Shown here in pieces: positions 39,983 to 52,637 of a DNA stretch of 64,000 bases. This DNA is from Octopus sinensis (Eukaryota). The notes under the pieces were generated by a model. That model worked only from the letters and a program-made list of their open reading frames with translations. It was not told the DNA's origin and did not search any database. A program made the position numbers and the translations under genes. The DNA is taken from positions 31,558-95,557 of the forward strand of contig NW_021832856.1 of the NCBI RefSeq assembly GCF_006345805.1, written 5' to 3'. The first letter of the stretch is position 1, and each line of letters begins with the position of its first letter.

Positions 39983-40239
39983 TCACGCTTTTCATTTCAT
40001 TTCTGTTGCTCGTCGTAATATTATTATAAAAAACAACATAAATTCCATAGAATCGAAGTCATGAAATTGCGTTTCTGCTTAATCAAGGCGGCAAAATAAT
40101 ATTTTTAATTAATGCTTTAAAAAAGAATGAGTGTATACATATATACAAACATGTATTCATATACACATTACACATACTTACATATAGACACGCACTCAAA
40201 CATACTCTTATATCGAGAAAACCTATCATTTAAACATTT

Positions 40240-40860
40240 TGGAAACCAACGTTTCTTTCTCTCCTGTACCAAGGAGGCTTGTATTTTCATAAATGATACA
40301 TAGCTGCACGCATACAAGGCGTTAACAGTTAATTTCTTTGTTCAAACTATTGCTGACTTAAGTAAAAATTCTCAGCTTCTCGTTCAAAGACCACACCACA
40401 TCTTTGATTTGAAATTCCCGTTTCTATAAGATTGCGCATTATCGACAACAGAACAGGTAATTTTTAAATTCGTAAAGACTTGTCTCACGCAAGAACCACA
40501 TAAACTTCGACGAAGCCGTAGCACATTTTCTGTCGAGGCTTACAAATAAATGTTTATATTAGTAATAACGGTTTTTGAATGTGAGTTCCGATTCCCTAAT
40601 ATATGTTTTAGGTCGATAATTGCTGTTTGTTCCATCCTTTGTATTGTATACCATGATATTGCCAAACAGTTGCCGTCTAGTGAACATTTCTCACGAATCC
40701 TAAAACTGCATGATCTTTGTCGGTTATCTGTTTGCGTCTCTCTTCTTGAAAAGAATGAAGTCCTACAAGGTGCAAAACAGCTTCGAAAATAAATTGAATG
40801 GACATTTAAGAAAACTACGAAAATCATATAAGTTGCATAATACTCCTGATAAAGCATGAA
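40240..40860 (-). mobile_element. Third Penelope-like GIY-YIG fragment, highly degenerate
   Basis: SCSFRIREKCSLDGNCL then, frameshifted, KTYIRESELTFKNRYY*YK..TASSKFMW..EKLRI..LNK. Confidence 0.6.
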
Positions 40861-40914
40861 ATGTATGTAGCGAAATACTCCTTTAGGTCTCTGTAGTGAC
40901 TCTAAAGAAGATAT

Positions 40915-41004
40915 CTTAGGCTGATGGTTCCTTATATTTTTCAGTCGATCAATAAAACTGAACTATGAACCCACTCAAGCGCATATACGAAACAGCTGTA
41001 AGCT
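40915..41004 (+). ncRNA. Degenerate hammerhead motif
   Basis: CTGATGG (40921-40927) ... GAAA-CAGCT-GTA (40989-41000), with ACAGCTGT palindrome; stem I is poor. Confidence 0.35.
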
Positions 41005-41099
41005 TCTAATAAATAGATGTATATTACCCATTACTTCTGTCTATTTTCTACACACGCACATCACACATTTATTTATATATATATAGATATATAATATAT

Positions 41100-41409
41100 T
41101 ATATATATATAATATAAAATTAAGTTGTGTGTGTGAGACTCTGTCTCCTCCGATTTAGATTCCTAACTACTCCCACATTTTGCGGTGCAATTTAACCAAA
41201 AGCGGGTATCTTATAGTCGTCATTCATATCGAGCCCTTCTGGGTATTAGCGCGCGTCTACGATGAGTCTACGATTTAAAAAAAAAATTACCATCATTTTT
41301 CCGCATTTTTTATGATTTTTGCTCGGGTTATATAAGGGAAGTAACTCTCGAAAAATGCTTATATAGTTATTTCCCTTACAAACCCGAGAAACGCCGGGCG
41401 ATACTGCTA

Positions 41410-41411
<2 letters not shown>
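41100..41411 (+). mobile_element. Non-autonomous Helitron
   Basis: 3' hairpin cccgagaaacgccggg (41383-41398) followed by CTAG|T (41407-41411). The 5' end is buried in TA repeat (tatataaaattaagttgtgtgtg). Confidence 0.65.
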
Positions 41412-41463
<52 letters not shown>

Positions 41464-41664
41464 ACAGGTTTCTGCATACTGCCCGTTCAGGAGATGCCAC
41501 TGATAAATTATTGATCAATCTGTATTTACTACTCAGCCATGTGCCGCCACATACATACACAGCGCGCACACACATACATTCATACACAAACACAGACAAA
41601 AGCATACATCAATTGCTAGCAGGGACACCGTATTTCGTTATACAGTATTATGTACTACCAAGTA

Positions 41665-41860
41665 TATTGGTTCCAAATTTTGGCGCAAAGCCAATAAATC
41701 TGGGGCGGGCAAAATTCTCAGCTAGTAATTATTTTTATGATTCGAAAGAATTAAAAGAAAAGTCGACCTAGGCGGAATTTGAACTCAGAACGTAAAGTCG
41801 GGCGAAATGCCGCAAACCATTTTGTCCAGCATGTTACCGGTTCTGCCAGCTCACCACCAT
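41665..41860 (-). mobile_element. SINE family B
   Basis: aaagtcgacctaggcggaatttgaactcagaacgtaaag..gaaatgccgc..ttctgccagctcacc. Confidence 0.7.
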
Positions 41861-41929
41861 GTATTACTAACAAGTATATTAAAAGGCTTATATGTCAATA
41901 TTGTGTCCTACCCGTGTTAGCAGTGCGAT

Positions 41930-42475
41930 TCAATCAGTTTTTGATGTTATCTCTACGTAATTTTTATTGAAATTAGAGCCAGAATTGATAATTGCGACGT
42001 TTCGTCTACGAATACACGTGTAAACAATGCAATCGAAGTTAATGAGTGTATATGCATATTTCAGGAATGATTGAATCGCACGGCTAACACAAGTAGGACA
42101 AAGTATTACCTTATAAGTCTTTAACATACCTGGTATTATAGCTGCAGAAGGAAATACGTTAACCCTACCAACAATTAATACGTACGTACCAGTTGCCAGA
42201 AATGCGTTTAACATTTAAAATTGGTTTATCCATTTGTGTTACACCGCTAAATTTAGTGACTATTTAAGCAGTGTGTTCGTGGATGGTTAATGCGTTGGAT
42301 GTGGTGCTTAAGAAGGAGCCTTTTTCCAGAAATATGCATCCGCACCCCTCGGCTATTTTTCTATGTTCGATCCCATTGTTTACATAGACGTATTCGTATA
42401 CGAAAAGGTGTAACTTTCACTGCTGACTCGAATTTCCTTAGAAAATCTTAATAGAGTTAATATTAATGAATGATA
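41930..42475. mobile_element. Second copy of the foldback element at 720-1290
   Basis: Shares tttaagcagtgtgttcgtggatggttaa..ccagaaatatg..cgatcccattgtttacat..tatacgaaa; its left arm (41950-42065) is the inverted complement. Confidence 0.6.
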
Positions 42476-42482
42476 TCTATAC

Positions 42483-42642
42483 GATGGGCTTCCACACAGT
42501 TTCTCTCAACCATATTTACTCACAAGGTATTGGTCGGTCGAGAACTATGATAGAAGACACTTATCCAAGGAGTTCGTGCGGTAGGACTGAACCCGCGATC
42601 ATCTGGTTGCAAAGAGAGAGCTTTTTAACCACAAAGCCATGC
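42483..42642 (-). mobile_element. SINE family A head
   Basis: ctatgatagaagacacttatccaagg..ggactgaacccgcg..ttaaccacaaagcc. Confidence 0.6.
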
Positions 42643-43609
42643 CAGTCTCTTCAAATATTTTTTGTAAAGACGGTGTAGGTTGTGACCTTTGAAGAAGATA
42701 CGAAGCTAACATTGTCAGCATGTTGTCAAATAAGTCGGTGAAGAGCTTCTTGTTTCCACATTATTTAACCAAATCTAAGCATCTACCATCTAACATCGTT
42801 GTTGAATTAATTTGCACAACTCGCTTCTTTCTCTTCCTCTTTGTCATCTTCTTCGATATAATTCTCTAAAAGTCCACCATCAAAAGCAATATACAACATT
42901 TCACTGTATACTGCACCGTACTTTACTTCTAAACTGCATTTAGATAATTACAGCATTGTATAGTCACCCCGCCCCACCATTTATTACACAGTCCGTTGTC
43001 CAGTCTAAGTGAGTGACTTGTAGCTAGAGTTTTATGGGGAAGCCGTCCTATACATCTTTTGTTTATTCTCGAAACTAAAGTTCGATCTATCTATGCTTTT
43101 AGGTGATGAGTTCTGCGCATGATAAGCGATTTCCTGCTACTTGTATTCCATTGTTCCCATCTCACAAAGTTAACAGTTGATAATGTTGAAGCTATATACA
43201 ATATAACTGGCTTCTCCGTTCTCATCAATAGCCCCAATCTTGCTTATTCTTGCTTCGATTATCATTACTACTGTAGTAGTAGTAGTAGTGCTTGTAGCTG
43301 CCGTATTCGGTAGCGCAATACAAGCTTTTTCCAAAAGTATGTGTATGTATGGATGTGTGCCTATATGTCTGTATGTACATATGTATTAGGTATGCGTGCA
43401 TATATGAATGGAAAAATGTATCTATGCATGTATCTAATTATATAACTTTGAATTCACAGGTTTTGGGGGTCTAAATTTGACGAAAAGTTAACGATACTTG
43501 AGAGAATAAAGATTAAAATTGCGGCTGATAAAAATTTATCAGATATCAGAGGAGTAGAAACCGTCTGAATATTGGAAAAGAGTTACTCATATCTGGTATC
43601 AAAATACCA

Positions 43610-44225
43610 ATACCATGACTGCTGCTCAGTGCTTTGTGAACACCGAAAGGCTGTAAGACGTGACGTGGACATCATGAAAACAAAGATCCCCTAAATTGTG
43701 ATGGTCTTTTCGTGTATCTCTATCAGGGGTAATGTGCCGCCGTACATCTCTGAACTGGGCCTTAAGCTCAATTCAGACGGTTATGTAAAGCTGCTGGAGA
43801 CTGTGGCCAGTGCCTGGCTGGTGAAGGTTGCTGCTGGAAAGTCATGTGTGGCAGCAGGAATCAGCTTCTCCCATGCTTACAGAAATAGTGAGAAGTGTTT
43901 GTCGGAGATTTTCACCTGTCCAAATATCTGGCCTCCTAACTATCCCATGGATTACGAAATGTGGAATGCAGATCGCTCTGCCCGCTACACGAAGTCCAAG
44001 GGGGTGGCCAAGATTAAAGAAGTGTTCGAAGATCTTCTTAGGGAGTCGTTTGAAGACTAAGGTGGAAGCTGGGGGCAGCTACATCGAATAAACTGTTATC
44101 TCTGGCCATAATCTTGTTGATATTTAAAAAATTTTTTATAAATATTCTTTTTTCTTTGATGGAGGGAATGAGACAGAATTTTCTTTTCTATGCAAATTAG
44201 GAAATTCAGCCCAACATCCTGCACA
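43610..44225 (+). mobile_element. Tc1/mariner-superfamily transposase catalytic-domain relic
   Basis: VMVFSCIS..LKLNSDGYVKLLETV..WQQESAS..IWPPN(Y)PMDYEMW..GGSYIE (decayed QQD and WPPNSPDLNP motifs). Confidence 0.65.
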
Positions 44226-45269
44226 AATATGTACGCAATGTTTCGCCTACATTCACAGTTCCATTAATGATTCAAGTTCGAAATTTCTAATTCACGTAAT
44301 TACTAACAAATATTTTTTATCTCTTGGATATATAATTTTGTAATTCTTCCGGTTTTGTCAAGCTCAGCTTCTCAAAATTGAGGCAAGGTTGTTAGTTGCC
44401 GAATTAATTACTTACGAATCAAGTTTTGTATGTATGTATGTTTGTGCGTACGTACGTATCTACACATGTATGTTGGTTTGTGTACGTATGTTCTCTTGTA
44501 TTTTTAATTATTTCAAATCTTCCTATAAGGAAGGAGATATTTTCTAAGAAGAATACAACGCTCAATCGTTGGAATGTGGAAACCAAAGGCATTTCAACAT
44601 TTTGAACTTGAGAAAAGTCTCGCATATTCTTTTCTGTTCTGCTTACAGAATCAGTTTGTAATGTAAGAATCAAATGGCTGATTACTTTTTCTGAAAACCT
44701 CAGCCTATCCAGATTATCCCATAAGCATTTAATCACAAAACTCAGTACACTAATTAACATTGGTATAAGTGTGAATTTATAATCCGGATATAGATTTGAG
44801 ATGTTTCGAAGCCCCCGTCCGTTGTTAATCTTTTACTCTTTGAATTTATGTTCCCTTTTAATAATTTAACTATTTGTTAGAGTTATTCCGAGGAGAGTAC
44901 CACAGTTTGTAACAAAGAAACAAATGCTTCAGAGTTAGCATTTGTAATGAATGTGAAAAAATCTTGCATATTTTTAATGTTCCGTTTATTGATTATATCA
45001 GTGAAGTCCGTGTTAGTCGATCTCTTTCTTTTCTTGAAAAATCTAGCTTCTCCTTATTGTATCTTAGATATTGATAAACATAACCGAGTGTGCCGCCATA
45101 CCAGGTTCAATCAAAAGATTTTCGGATTTTTATCGATGATTTTTGGCAACTTGCATCTGGTGTTATGTCATCAATTTGATACAACTTGTCCAACCATTGC
45201 TGATTTGTTTATTCTTTATTTTCGTATCGAACATATAAACATTAATTAGTTATTCTTTATTTCACAGTC

Positions 45270-45645
45270 TTGATTATGAGTGGTGAAAGAAGGACAGAGT
45301 GCAAGGGCAGCGGCAAAAGAAATTAATAATATGGAAGGCCCAGGAACTGTCAACGAACGAGTGGCACGAAACTAGTTTAGACGTTCAAGGAAGGTGACAC
45401 AAACCTCGAAGACAAATAAAGGTCAAGCGTCTTTTGAAATGGTTGAACAACAGCCAACACAAGCGCTCCTACATTGTCAGCAGAACTTGGTCCCCTCACA
45501 AAACTCTATCAATCGACACCTTCTTCAGCTAGGCATTTTAACCAGTCGCTGTCGAGAGGTTCCTCGTGAAATGACGAGGCACAACGACGGGTGAAAATTT
45601 GCAAACAGCTTCTGGCAAATCCTCGAGATATCCGTTCTTGGCGTC
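45270..45645 (+). mobile_element. Mariner transposase N-terminal HTH relic
   Basis: AAKEINNMEGPGTVNERVARN*FRRFKEGDTNLEDK..VEQQP..LSAELG..INRHL..VP; cut off by the SINE at 45645. Confidence 0.65.
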
Positions 45646-46037
45646 AAGTCATGCTGGGGCAGCATCTTGCAGGATTTTGAACATAAAAATCAACCCCAAT
45701 ACATGTCGAGACTGGTACTGATTCTGTTGGTTTCTTTTGCCGAACGCAAAAGACTAACACCGACATCTTCAAGTGTTGATGGGGACAAATACAAAGTCCC
45801 ACACCTACCCACACACAAATGCTCCATCCCACCCACACACCCCACTCCACGCACACATGCGCGCGCGCACACACAAAATTATTTATGCACAACAGATTTC
45901 TTCCAGTTTCTGTGCGCCAAATCCATTCATAAGGTTCTTTTCGGTCTGGGATTGCCCAAAGTTCCACGCAGTAGGGCTGAATCTCGAACGATGTGGGTTG
46001 GGAAGCAAGCTTCTTACCACACAGCAATACCTGTGCC
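45645..46037 (-). mobile_element. SINE family A
   Basis: catgctggggcagc..ttttgccgaac..ttccagtttc..ttgcccaaagttccacgcagt..gcttcttaccacacagc. Confidence 0.75.
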
Positions 46038-46071
46038 TATACATACATATATATATATATATATAATATAC

Positions 46072-46116
<45 letters not shown>

Positions 46117-46152
46117 GTGTATATATATATATATATAATATAATATATGTGT

Positions 46153-46186
<34 letters not shown>

Positions 46187-46246
46187 ATATGTGTGTGTAT
46201 ATATATATATATATATAATATATGTGTGTGTATATATATTATATAA

Positions 46247-46295
<49 letters not shown>

Positions 46296-46304
46296 ACACA
46301 CACA

Positions 46305-46945
46305 TAATGCCGTTATTCAGTTTATGTGGAGATTTCTTGCCAATAGAGAAAGAGCCGGTTTCTGTTCTAGATCCAAGGTTCCTTCATTGAAATTTCTGCA
46401 TTGACAAAAGGGAAATTTTTGCATGTGTGTGCGTGTGTATGTATGTATGTATGTATCCGTGCAGATTTGCATGTTTTATCTTACGTATGTATTGTCATGC
46501 ATATACTTGCATATCTAGACATGCTCATATATACTTAAATGATAAACTACTGGAAAGTTTTACAGATTTTTACAGTTCCAGTGATGGATTGGATCTGTAG
46601 TGTTCGAATCAGCTTTCTCATTTCTGGTTTTCAGAAGCCTAATCTCTCAAGTTTGGTATATAAGCGGCGTGTTACATTTCCTAGTGCCCCAATAATCACA
46701 GGTTTAAACCTGAAATGTAAACTGGATACAGTAACTACATATTTCTCAATAGTTCGGCGTAGATATTCTTTTTCACATATCCTCCACTTTATGTTAACAT
46801 CCGCTGGGCAGCTGATTTCCACAACTGTATACAGTCTCTCATTTCTACCCCAAATCATTATATCAGGTTTACATTTTACTGAGGTTTCCACTGGGACGTT
46901 CTCCTAGTACGGCCATGGCTTCTACCACAGTATGTTCTTATGTCT
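46305..46945 (-). mobile_element. RLE-type (R4/Dong-like) LINE 3' end
   Basis: ORF 46631-46891 KPDIMIW..VVEISCPADVNI..KEY..PVIIGALG matches the PD-(D/E)xK restriction-like endonuclease pattern, followed by a 3' UTR. Confidence 0.75.
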
Positions 46946-47011
46946 TTGTTCTCGGGGTGTGTATGTATTATGCATGTATGTATATATGTACGTATGTATG
47001 TTTGTATGTAT

Positions 47012-47270
47012 GTCATTTTTCAGTTTTATTTTGAAATGTCTAGTCAATAGAGAAAGGGCTGGTTTCTAACCTAGATCCAAAACACCTACACTGGAATTTG
47101 AATAACATCAACACGATATTTATATATGTATGTATGTACGTAGGTAGGTAGGTATGTATGTGTACAGATTTGTATGTTTTGTTTTATGTATGTGTGTTCA
47201 TGCGTGTTCATGCATGTAGTTGCGTATCTTGACATGCTCATATATACTTAAATGATAAATTTCTGGAAAG
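47012..47270 (-). mobile_element. Second 3'-UTR copy of the same RLE LINE
   Basis: caatagagaaag.gc.ggtttct..ctagatccaa and gacatgctcatatatacttaaatgataaa..ctggaaag duplicate 46315-46558. Confidence 0.7.
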
Positions 47271-48120
47271 ACCAATCAATGCAGACAAATCGATAACCAG
47301 CTAGAGGAAGCTTCTTCTTGGGGTTAAAAATGGCAGCAACGTCGGTTCGTACGGAACAGCCATGTTGAAGTGACGCAAATATTACTTCTCATTACAGTGA
47401 CTAATTTCCATCCCTAATAGGGGTTTTCTAACTTGCCCCTTTTATACATCCCTATCCAAATAAGTTATTGTCACATGCTTCATCACGCAAGTGTATGATT
47501 TTGAAACCTGCATCTCTTTTCGTCGTCATTTTCAGAACAAACATTTTATTCCATTTGTTGAGGAACTCAAGTGTGAAATATTCACAAGGATTCGCTTCAC
47601 ATTTGCCATCAGTTGGAATATCAATTGAAAATGCTTGCCACCAGTTTTGTGGAAGGTTTCCATGGCACCACGTATAGCGTCCATATTGGGGTCAGTTCAA
47701 CCTTACTTCAACAATTCTGGAACGAAGGAAAACTACATTGGGTGGTATAGATATATTTAAGAAGTTATTGCCAGAGATATATAATATACAGAAACACACA
47801 CATTTATATATACACAATGAATAATGAACGTACGTATGTATGTACTTATGTACGTATGTGTGTATGTATTTTTGCATGCATGTATGGATGTATGCACAAA
47901 TCCATATGTACAGATATATTTGTATGTGTACGTATGCATAAGCATGTATGTATTTATATATATATATACACACACATATATACATGTGTGTATAAATATG
48001 TATTTATTTGTATATATGCATAGATATGTATATATATGTATGAATACACACACACTCACATATATATAAGGAGAAAATGTTGAGGTAATAAAATATTTAT
48101 TAATTATAAGATATGACAAC

Positions 48121-48207
48121 ATCTCTGACAGCTGTTTCGAGTCAGTAATCTGTAGATAATTAATTTATAAAATTAAAATCATATAAGATGAATCCCTTCA
48201 GAGGTAG
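48121..48207 (-). ncRNA. Hammerhead motif with long stem-II loop (A9->G)
   Basis: CTGAAGG-gattc...gactc-GAAA-CAGCT-GTC-aga; palindrome ACAGCTGT. Confidence 0.5.
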
Positions 48208-48286
48208 TAAAGATATACTCATTAGAAATACATGCTGAGATAACGGTTTCAAGCCGTTAGCCTTTATTTGAATGTGTGTGTGCGTG

Positions 48287-48320
<34 letters not shown>

Positions 48321-48332
48321 CGTGTGTGTGTG

Positions 48333-48648
48333 TGTTGCTCAGTGGTTAGGGCATAAGACTCTCGATTGTAAGGTCTTGAGTCAATTCCCGGCGATGCGTT
48401 GTGCCCTTGAGCAAGACACTTATTTCACGTTGCTCCAGTCCACTCAGCTGCCAAAATTGAGTAGTATCTGTATTTCAAAGGGCCAGCCTTGTGACACTCT
48501 GTGTCACGCTGAATCTTCCTGAGAATTACGTTAGGGGTACACGTGTCTGTGGATTGCTCAACCACTTGCATGTTAATTTCACGAGCAAGCTGTTCCGTTG
48601 ATCGCTTCAGTTGGACCCTCGTCGTCGTAACCGACATAGTGCTCTCAT
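48333..48648 (+). mobile_element. SINE family C, near full length
   Basis: gctcagtggttagg (A box), gagtcaattccc (B box), gtgcccttgagcaagacactt, ending ctcgtcgtcgtaaccgac. Confidence 0.7.
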
Positions 48649-48668
48649 ATTATCTTTTGCTATTTTTG

Positions 48669-48702
<34 letters not shown>

Positions 48703-50082
48703 GCGCTTACATTCACCAGCAACTCTCTTCCACATATACAGACACATTCACGCATTTATTACACACACACACACACACTTAGACGCTTATATTTATACAG
48801 AACCATCGTCATCTCGTAGCACACCAGTAACCAACGCTGCCCAATTCACACTCCTTCACACAATATAAGCATTCATGCACCTCCTCATCACACACGCAGC
48901 ATTCTTCCTTATTCATGCTTTTATACATAAATCAGTTTGGTTCATGCATCAACACATCCACCTCTCCTCTGCTCCTGACTCTCCCACAGGAGTTCACTGT
49001 CCTCGATTTGTAAACTTTCTCATTCTGTCTGCGTCATTTCCCCAATTACTTGTTTAATTATTCTAATTAATATTTCCCCATTATACTCACTTTGTACCCC
49101 ACTCTCTTCCTAAGATTATCGATTCTTTCTGATGAAAGACTAACGCCCAAAATGTTAAGCACTCTCAACAACTGAAGTGTAAACAAACACCGTAAGCACA
49201 GTACTGTTCTTTTGCTTTAATTTTAAACCTGATACACATGTGTACAAATACGTATTTATATATCATTTAGTAGCTTCTGAATGAATTTTCTCGGCTACGT
49301 CTAATGTGATACGAACACGCTACATTGACTTGTATGCACTAAGTTATCCTATCGACACGAAACGGCTCGCTCGGTACGACAACCAGCTGCAGCTCTATGC
49401 AAGATGTCAATGAGATTAAAGATGCTTATTGTAGAGAAAACAGGCATTGTGGCTATTGTGTACAGTTATTCTTTTGAAGGAAAGTTCTGGAAAGATTGCA
49501 TCTTGATCAAAGAGATCAGATCTATGCGGAGAAGCGAGGAGAATCGAGAGAATCGAGAAGCGAGGAGAAGCAGGAGAAGCGAGTTTGTTGGCGATTTTTT
49601 TTTCTTTTCATAATTCACTTTTCTTTATCTTCTCTTCAAATCAAATCTCGTCATTGCTTGGAAACAAACCTATAAGTTGCAGACAGAGTGGTGTGGGTGT
49701 ACAGGGAGTGAGACACACAGACAGTGTAGTTTAGAGATAGTGTGACTAACATAGAGTGTGACAAGTGAATAGTGTCACAAACAGATATTGTTACAAACGT
49801 ATATCGAGACTAAACAGTGTCATACACTCGCTCAGCCCTCCCCCTCCTCCCCCCTCACGCACAAATAACTCATAAATATAAATAAATAATTCAGATTAAA
49901 ACATTCACTCAGTTGCAGTTTTAGCCACTGGTGTATATATGTATATACATATAGATGTATTCATTGTATACCTATGTATATACAACACACACACACTATA
50001 TATATATATATATGAAATAAGAACACAGGTAGTGTTCAAAATTCACAACAGCTGTTTCGGCAGCATTCACAAAGAAAAATTT

Positions 50083-50128
50083 GACAGTGACCTCGAAGTT
50101 TCGGCTTGTTTGTTTTCATCGGACGGTC
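50083..50128 (-). ncRNA. Hammerhead motif (U4->C), part of a cluster
   Basis: gaccgt-CCGATGA-aaacaaacaagcc-GAAA-CTTCGAG-GTC-actgtc; stem I pairs 5 of 6 bp, stem III near-palindrome ACTTCGAGGT. Confidence 0.5.
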
Positions 50129-51060
50129 TGATGAAACCAATGAAAACCGTACTCTGACCTCATTGCTCACCTTTCTCTTGTAAAACTCACTCGTGTACTC
50201 TTACTACTCTTACGATGATCTGCTTCTTAATTGTTCACTGAAATTGTTCCTATATTTAACTTGACATGTAAGTCAGCATTAATATCTATCTATCTATCTA
50301 TCTATATATATATATATATATATACACGCAATATGTATATGTACACACACACACATATATATAATGTATGGAGAGAAATGGAACAGTCTTTATTTCTCTC
50401 TTTCTCTCTCTCTACTTCTCTCTGTCACGCAACCACGCATATGTTTTATTTTACTCTTTCCATAGAAAATGCAAAACCGGTAAAGTTGTTTATTCTTACA
50501 AAAGACGAAAATTAGTGGCTGTACAAGTTATGCATTCAACAACAAATAATAATGACAATCTTTTATTAGCCTCAGTGTCCCAAGAGATGGAGGGCAATAC
50601 AAAAGGAGGAAATACAAAGCAAGTAGTAGTAGTAGTAGTAGTGGTGGTGGTGGTGGTCGTAACAACAATAATTTCTAACATTGATATCAAACCAGCAATT
50701 TGGGAAGTTAATCGATTAAGTCTACTCCGATAGTTGGCCAGTATTATATCGATGTCAGAAGTTTGAAAGGGAAAGTCGATTTAAAGGGACATAGAGATAC
50801 CACAAGCTACGACCCTTTAAACATCTCCCCCTATTCAACGCCATATATGATATTAGTAATAACTATTTGTAAAGTATGTGTGCACGACCAGAAATTTGAA
50901 GTGCGTGGTAAAGGATATTCGGTTGTAACGATTTAAATTTGATTTCCAGTGCTGGAAATAGACCCCAAGACTTTTGCTCCAGCAGTTTAAATATTTTCTC
51001 TTCCCAACGTACCCTATAATACGAATAACAAAATGCATATTTCCGAGATAGATCCCGAAT

Positions 51061-51240
51061 CAGGCGGCGAGCGAGCGAAATCGGTAACACACCGGACTGA
51101 AATGCTCAGCGGTATTTCGTCCGTCTTTACGTTCTGAGTTCAATTTCCGCCAAGGTCTACCTTGCCTTTCATCATTTCAGGGTCGATAAAATAGGTATCA
51201 GCTGAGTACTGGGTTCAAGGTAATCGACCTAACTACTCCT
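51061..51240 (+). mobile_element. SINE family B
   Basis: aggcggcgag..gaaatgctcagcggtatttcgtcc..acgttctgagttcaatttccgcc..gggtcgataaaa. Confidence 0.75.
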
Positions 51241-51379
51241 GGGTATATAAACTCCGTTTCGCTGCCAAGCCATGCCGAGCCACTGTGACAGAGTCGGCTC
51301 ATCAAACCTTAGGACTATCACTTGGCGCCAGAATTCTTATAGGAGATTATGCAATAAAAAATACCTGGAATCGCCAACG

Positions 51380-51932
51380 AAAATGTAATTCAAGACTCAA
51401 AAAGTGATGCTAATCATTTTTGGGGGATGCAAAATGGAAGAGCGGGGTACCGTCCCCGGTGTAGGCTACAATGAAATGCTGACCAACAAACTGGAAGCAG
51501 CAATTTGAAACCAAACGCCGAGGTTTATTGTCAAAACAACTGTTATTACAGCATGACTGTGTTCGATCCCATACGGCTGCCCACACCTTTGAAACCATTG
51601 AACAATTGGGTTTCGAGTTGTTGGAACATCCAGCATACAGGCCCGATCTCCTCTCTTCTGACTTACCTCTTTGGAGCACTCAAGCATGCTTTACGAGGTC
51701 GTTGATTTTCCTCGGAGAAGAAGCGCAGGAGACGGTGCATCAATGATTGAAAGACCAACAGCAAACCTTTTCTTCCGATGAAATACGCAAGCCTATGGAC
51801 TGCTGGAAGATGCGCACCGAAAAGCAGGGAGACTCTATCATATCGAAATATGATGTAGTTGTTCAACCGCTGCTTTTGTTTTAATGAATTACAGAAAAAA
51901 ACAGTTTGTATAATATTTGACTTACCCTTATA
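51380..51932 (+). mobile_element. Mariner (DD34D-type) transposase C-terminal relic
   Basis: KVMLIIF..LLLQHDCVRSHTAAHT..LGFELLEHPAYRPDLLSSDLPL(F)GALKHALRGR (HDNA and HPPYSPDLAPSD motifs). A TIR-like end atatttgacttacccttaTA follows. Confidence 0.8.
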
Positions 51933-52601
51933 CTTTATAGGGACACGAAGTGGAGTAATAAACACCTCGTTTTTTCAATGAATTGCTCTACACACCATGG
52001 AAGAACTGTATTCCTGCGAGAACAACCCGAAAAATCATCGAAAACTGATATGTTGATTATTTAATTAATTGACTAGTTGATTGATGAACACATATATATG
52101 CATATGCAGACGTATATACACATGCACAGATGTATGTTCTTACAGTATGGCAGTAGACGAACTCCTATCGAGTAGTTTTACGATCATAGACATTCCTGCT
52201 GTGACCATCTCTTCTATTTCGAAACATAACACTATACTGTCAAATGTGGTTGTTCATTTCCGAGGGAAACATGGCATCATTTAAAAGTGAGATGGCTAAT
52301 ATTTCTAGCTGGTCAAACAGTTCCGTTATTGGCTTTTAACTTGTAGCAGGAATTGGGTCTGGATAACCCAAAAACTCTTGTTAGAGGAGGGAAAAGGTTA
52401 TTGCTGATAGTAAAAGAACTATTTTTATCTGGAGATAGAAAACAATCAAAACAATAAATCTCTTCCAAAATGTTATCTTTCCGGATTAATGATAAGCTGT
52501 CTACAATCATCGTAATATTCAAATGATAGGAATTATATTGTGTGTCTGTATGTGTGTGTTTGTATAAAGTAATAAAAACAATGATGTGTGTGTGTGTATA
52601 T

Positions 52602-52637
<36 letters not shown>

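Noticed and set aside
47320-47750. Possible Tc1-like relic (also 59290-59460)
   Set aside because: No convincing catalytic motif could be read.
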